A DNA stretch of 63,110 nt, counting the filler, from Octopus bimaculoides (lineage: Eukaryota), in NCBI RefSeq assembly GCF_001194135.2. It is 3 parts of 3 records of this genome, joined end to end, with 100 filler letters (N's around TTAATTAATTAA, not from the genome) between each part and the next. Parts side by side here need not be neighbours in the genome. Positions count along the whole stretch, not along the records: positions 51,005 to 63,110 come from NC_068982.1; 2 more parts are not named here. One strand, given 5' to 3'. Position 1 is the first letter of the stretch. Every line of letters begins with the position of its first letter. A program made the translations under genes and the position numbers. Shown here in pieces: positions 60,460 to 63,110 of the stretch. The notes under the pieces are model-generated. The model was not told the DNA's origin. It did no database searches and worked only from the letters and a program-made list of their open reading frames with translations.

Positions 60460-62129
60460 ATATCAAAGTAAATGCAGTGGGGAGGTTGAGAACTATGAAG
60501 TGGGGGACGGAAACAACGAGACGCACATCTTGCAGTTCACATCTGATCAATAGACGCCGGATGTTGCGGGCTTTATATGAATGCTAAAGAAACGTCTGAA
60601 TTATTCCGAATATTTAACAAACTACCAGTGTCTGTGTACATCTGTATCAGTGTATATGCGGGAGTATGTGTGTGTCATAAAGAGTTTGTATATGTGTGTG
60701 TATTAAGGTAAACTTTCGTAAATTTAATCTGGCTGAGTCAGAATTATATTAGCGTTATCTCGCGAAGTATTTTGTGTGAGATTATAGAAAAAAATTAACA
60801 GCTCAAATTGAGATAATTTGTCGACCGAAAATGTTTCTTAGTGTTTTTACATCTTCCAATTTACATCTGTTGAATTGGATTTGTTTGAGATTGATATAGA
60901 ATTGATTGCATCCGACTGAAGTAAAGACGTGCAATATGCTTAACAGTTAGATTGTTCTGTACTATAATGGATTATTAAACTTTAGTAACGTAGATGGAAT
61001 ATTGTCTACATTATGCAAAAGTCTAATGCTCACAGTTGTTTAAGACAGGTCAGATAGATAGATATGGTTATAGGGATGTAATCAAGATTCATCTTGTTAT
61101 GTAATGGCCATCTCACCTGCTATAAGTTTCACAAATTAAGAGACACCACGGGCAAATAAGTACTTAGTTCATTATTGTAATTTTAGAAAACTGAGGGTTG
61201 ATAGCATTTGGAAACCTAAACTTAACAGCTTATCAAAGAGATACACAACCATTTAATGTAATAATAGATTAGTATCTTATCTGTTCAAAGAGATTATTAA
61301 ATATACTTCTAATCATATTCTACCAGTAACAATTGAATACGCTGCAACCTTTCGCTTATATTTACATTTCCCTTAAACAATTAAGTACTTCTAAAACAAT
61401 TCTCTGCCCAGATAGATACACATTCGCATTACACTGCAACGTAAAAAATTATTCATTAGAAAGCATCTAAAAGTAAGTTACAGCTGTTTATACAGTATGA
61501 AAAGTTTAAGACACACCCACTAAAGTCACTGAGGCTAACAGGATATGCAATTGCACTAATTAATCAATTACGTAATGATGAATTGATAACACATGAAACA
61601 ACACTGAAGGTGATAAATATTACATCGACTTTTGGAAAGTGATTTCAGCCACATCGCTTACGCAATGTCATCGTTCAGACGTTGAGTAATCACAAGTAGA
61701 ACATTATCGAATTACATCTGGCATTTAAAACAACAGAATGCTAATTTTCAGATGGAAAATACGAGGACGATACAGATCATACAACAGTGAGGAACAAAAC
61801 AAGATTTTTGTATAGCTAAGTAGTGACACGTAATGAAGTACATCACCACATCAGAGAATTATCAACACACCAAACCAGATTCGAGCATTACTAATCTGTC
61901 TCACGTACAAAAGATTTAGTTTAAAATGCTGAAAACATCACCACTGTTGGATTAAAAATTTAATTAAAAGTGTTAAAGTTTTTTTCTGTAGATATTTTCA
62001 AACATCTTTCCACGATATTAAACATAATATAAGCTTTCTATCCCGCCAAATTTTATTTCTTCTATTTCTTTTACTATTCTAACAACACGTCGTTTCATTT
62101 ATTTTCCCAGACAACAATGTTCACCTTAC

Positions 62130-62305
62130 TGATTCGAATTCTGCCCGATACATTTCTTTCTTCTGTTCATGAATTTCCATCATCCACTTAAACTGTTTGA
62201 CCCAAGACAAGCCAACAAAACCAAACAACCACAGCTGGATAATTGATGAGGCAGTTAAAAATCTTATAGCACTTAAAACACCTCTTTTCCAATAATTATG
62301 TCCAC
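62130..62305 (-). CDS. Candidate coding exon of an unidentified (possibly membrane) protein
   Basis: TTTAG|G acceptor at 62306/62305, TCA|GTAAGG donor at 62130/62129; only one of three frames is open (GHNYWKRGVLSAIRFLTASSIIQLWLFGFVGLSWVKQFKWMMEIHEQKKEMYRAEFES). No family recognised. Confidence 0.22.
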
Positions 62306-62446
62306 CTAAATTATACACTCACAGTTTTCTGGTGCACAATACCTGATGTATATAGTCTGATAGTGAATCGTGTGAGATAGAAGGAGAGAGAGAGAGAGAG
62401 GGAGAGAGAGAGAGAGAGAGAGAAGGAGAGAGAGAGAGATAGTTAA

Positions 62447-62492
<46 letters not shown>

Positions 62493-62493
62493 G

Positions 62494-62553
<60 letters not shown>

Positions 62554-62554
62554 C

Positions 62555-63110
62555 ATTTCTTTTATTAGCCACACGGGGCTCAACAAAGATGGGACGAATA
62601 CAATGTAGAGCTTTTCTTTTTGGGAGGAGGAAGGAAGAAGAAAAAAAAGTAGGGGTGGGTGTCCATCAAAAGGGATCGTAGGAAGGAAAAAGGGGAAAGT
62701 TCGATCAAAACGGACAGAGAGAAGAGAGAAAAAAAAAGCGATCAATAGGGATCGTGTATCACAGTAATTTTCTCGTGTAAAAAGAGGGGAGGACAGTTTA
62801 GGTTTAGCCGTGGAAAGAAAAGCCTACGGAAAAGACCACGGTAACCTTGGTCAATATTGTCATTGCAGAAACTATAACAGTAAGTGACTCTCTTTTGCCC
62901 TTTTGTTTTTTGTCTGGATTTTTTTTACTCCTTTATAGTGTTATGCTCAAGGTGGCTCCGTCATTCACACGTGCCATCCTTGCTACATTCACCCATTTTT
63001 TTTTAAGCATTCACTAGACAAGACTTCCCTTTCTACTCTCACCTTCCTCTTCAGATGATACTTGAAGAAGTTGATGAGAGATTGCCCAGAGAGGAATGTC
63101 TTTGTCTGTA
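62555..63110 (-). mobile_element. L1/Tx1-clade LINE 3' end (ORF2 C-terminus + 3' UTR), continuing beyond the window
   Basis: QTKTFLSGQSLINFFKYHLKRKVRVEREVLSSECLKKKWVNVARMARV..* (stop 62933-62935), same family as 15423-15871; 3' UTR ends CTAATAAAAGAAAT directly against an (ATCT)n tract. Confidence 0.8.

Noticed and set aside
61641-61680. Minus-strand CTGAACGATG-[7-bp stem with GTAA loop]-GGCTGAAA as a hammerhead variant
   Set aside because: Core spacing is non-canonical and no cleavage triplet or stem I could be assigned.

Overview
AT-rich, microsatellite-dense, gappy eukaryotic genomic DNA. The repeat repertoire (tRNA-derived SINEs resembling the octopus OK/OR types, an RTE LINE with a PHD insert, Tx1, mariners, Helitrons) suggests an octopus draft assembly; this is inference, not a database result. 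The only clearly intact functional gene is tRNA-Leu(TAG) at 19040-19121 (-). I could not confidently identify any host protein-coding gene, only a few low-confidence exon candidates, and there is no CRISPR array. From 1 to about 48 kb the window is a nest of decayed mobile elements: a MULE transposase with an LTR+PBS(tRNA-Trp) insert, Gypsy LTR and pol pieces, DD37D/maT, three DD34D mariners, Helitron derivatives, RTE, Tx1, CRE-like and HERO-like LINE remnants, and four SINE families. About 48-62 kb is almost free of recognisable SINEs. The best hunt result is a 3-copy, roughly 280-310 bp tandem repeat at 28230-28990 in which each unit carries a differently decayed type I hammerhead ribozyme; the consensus rebuilds a complete ribozyme (retrozyme or Penelope-pLTR-like). 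Two further solitary hammerhead motifs lie at 42857 and 44312. One SINE subfamily shares its 3' terminal ~44 nt with the Tx1-like LINE present in the same window. All alignments and translations were done by eye, and coordinates of degenerate elements are approximate.
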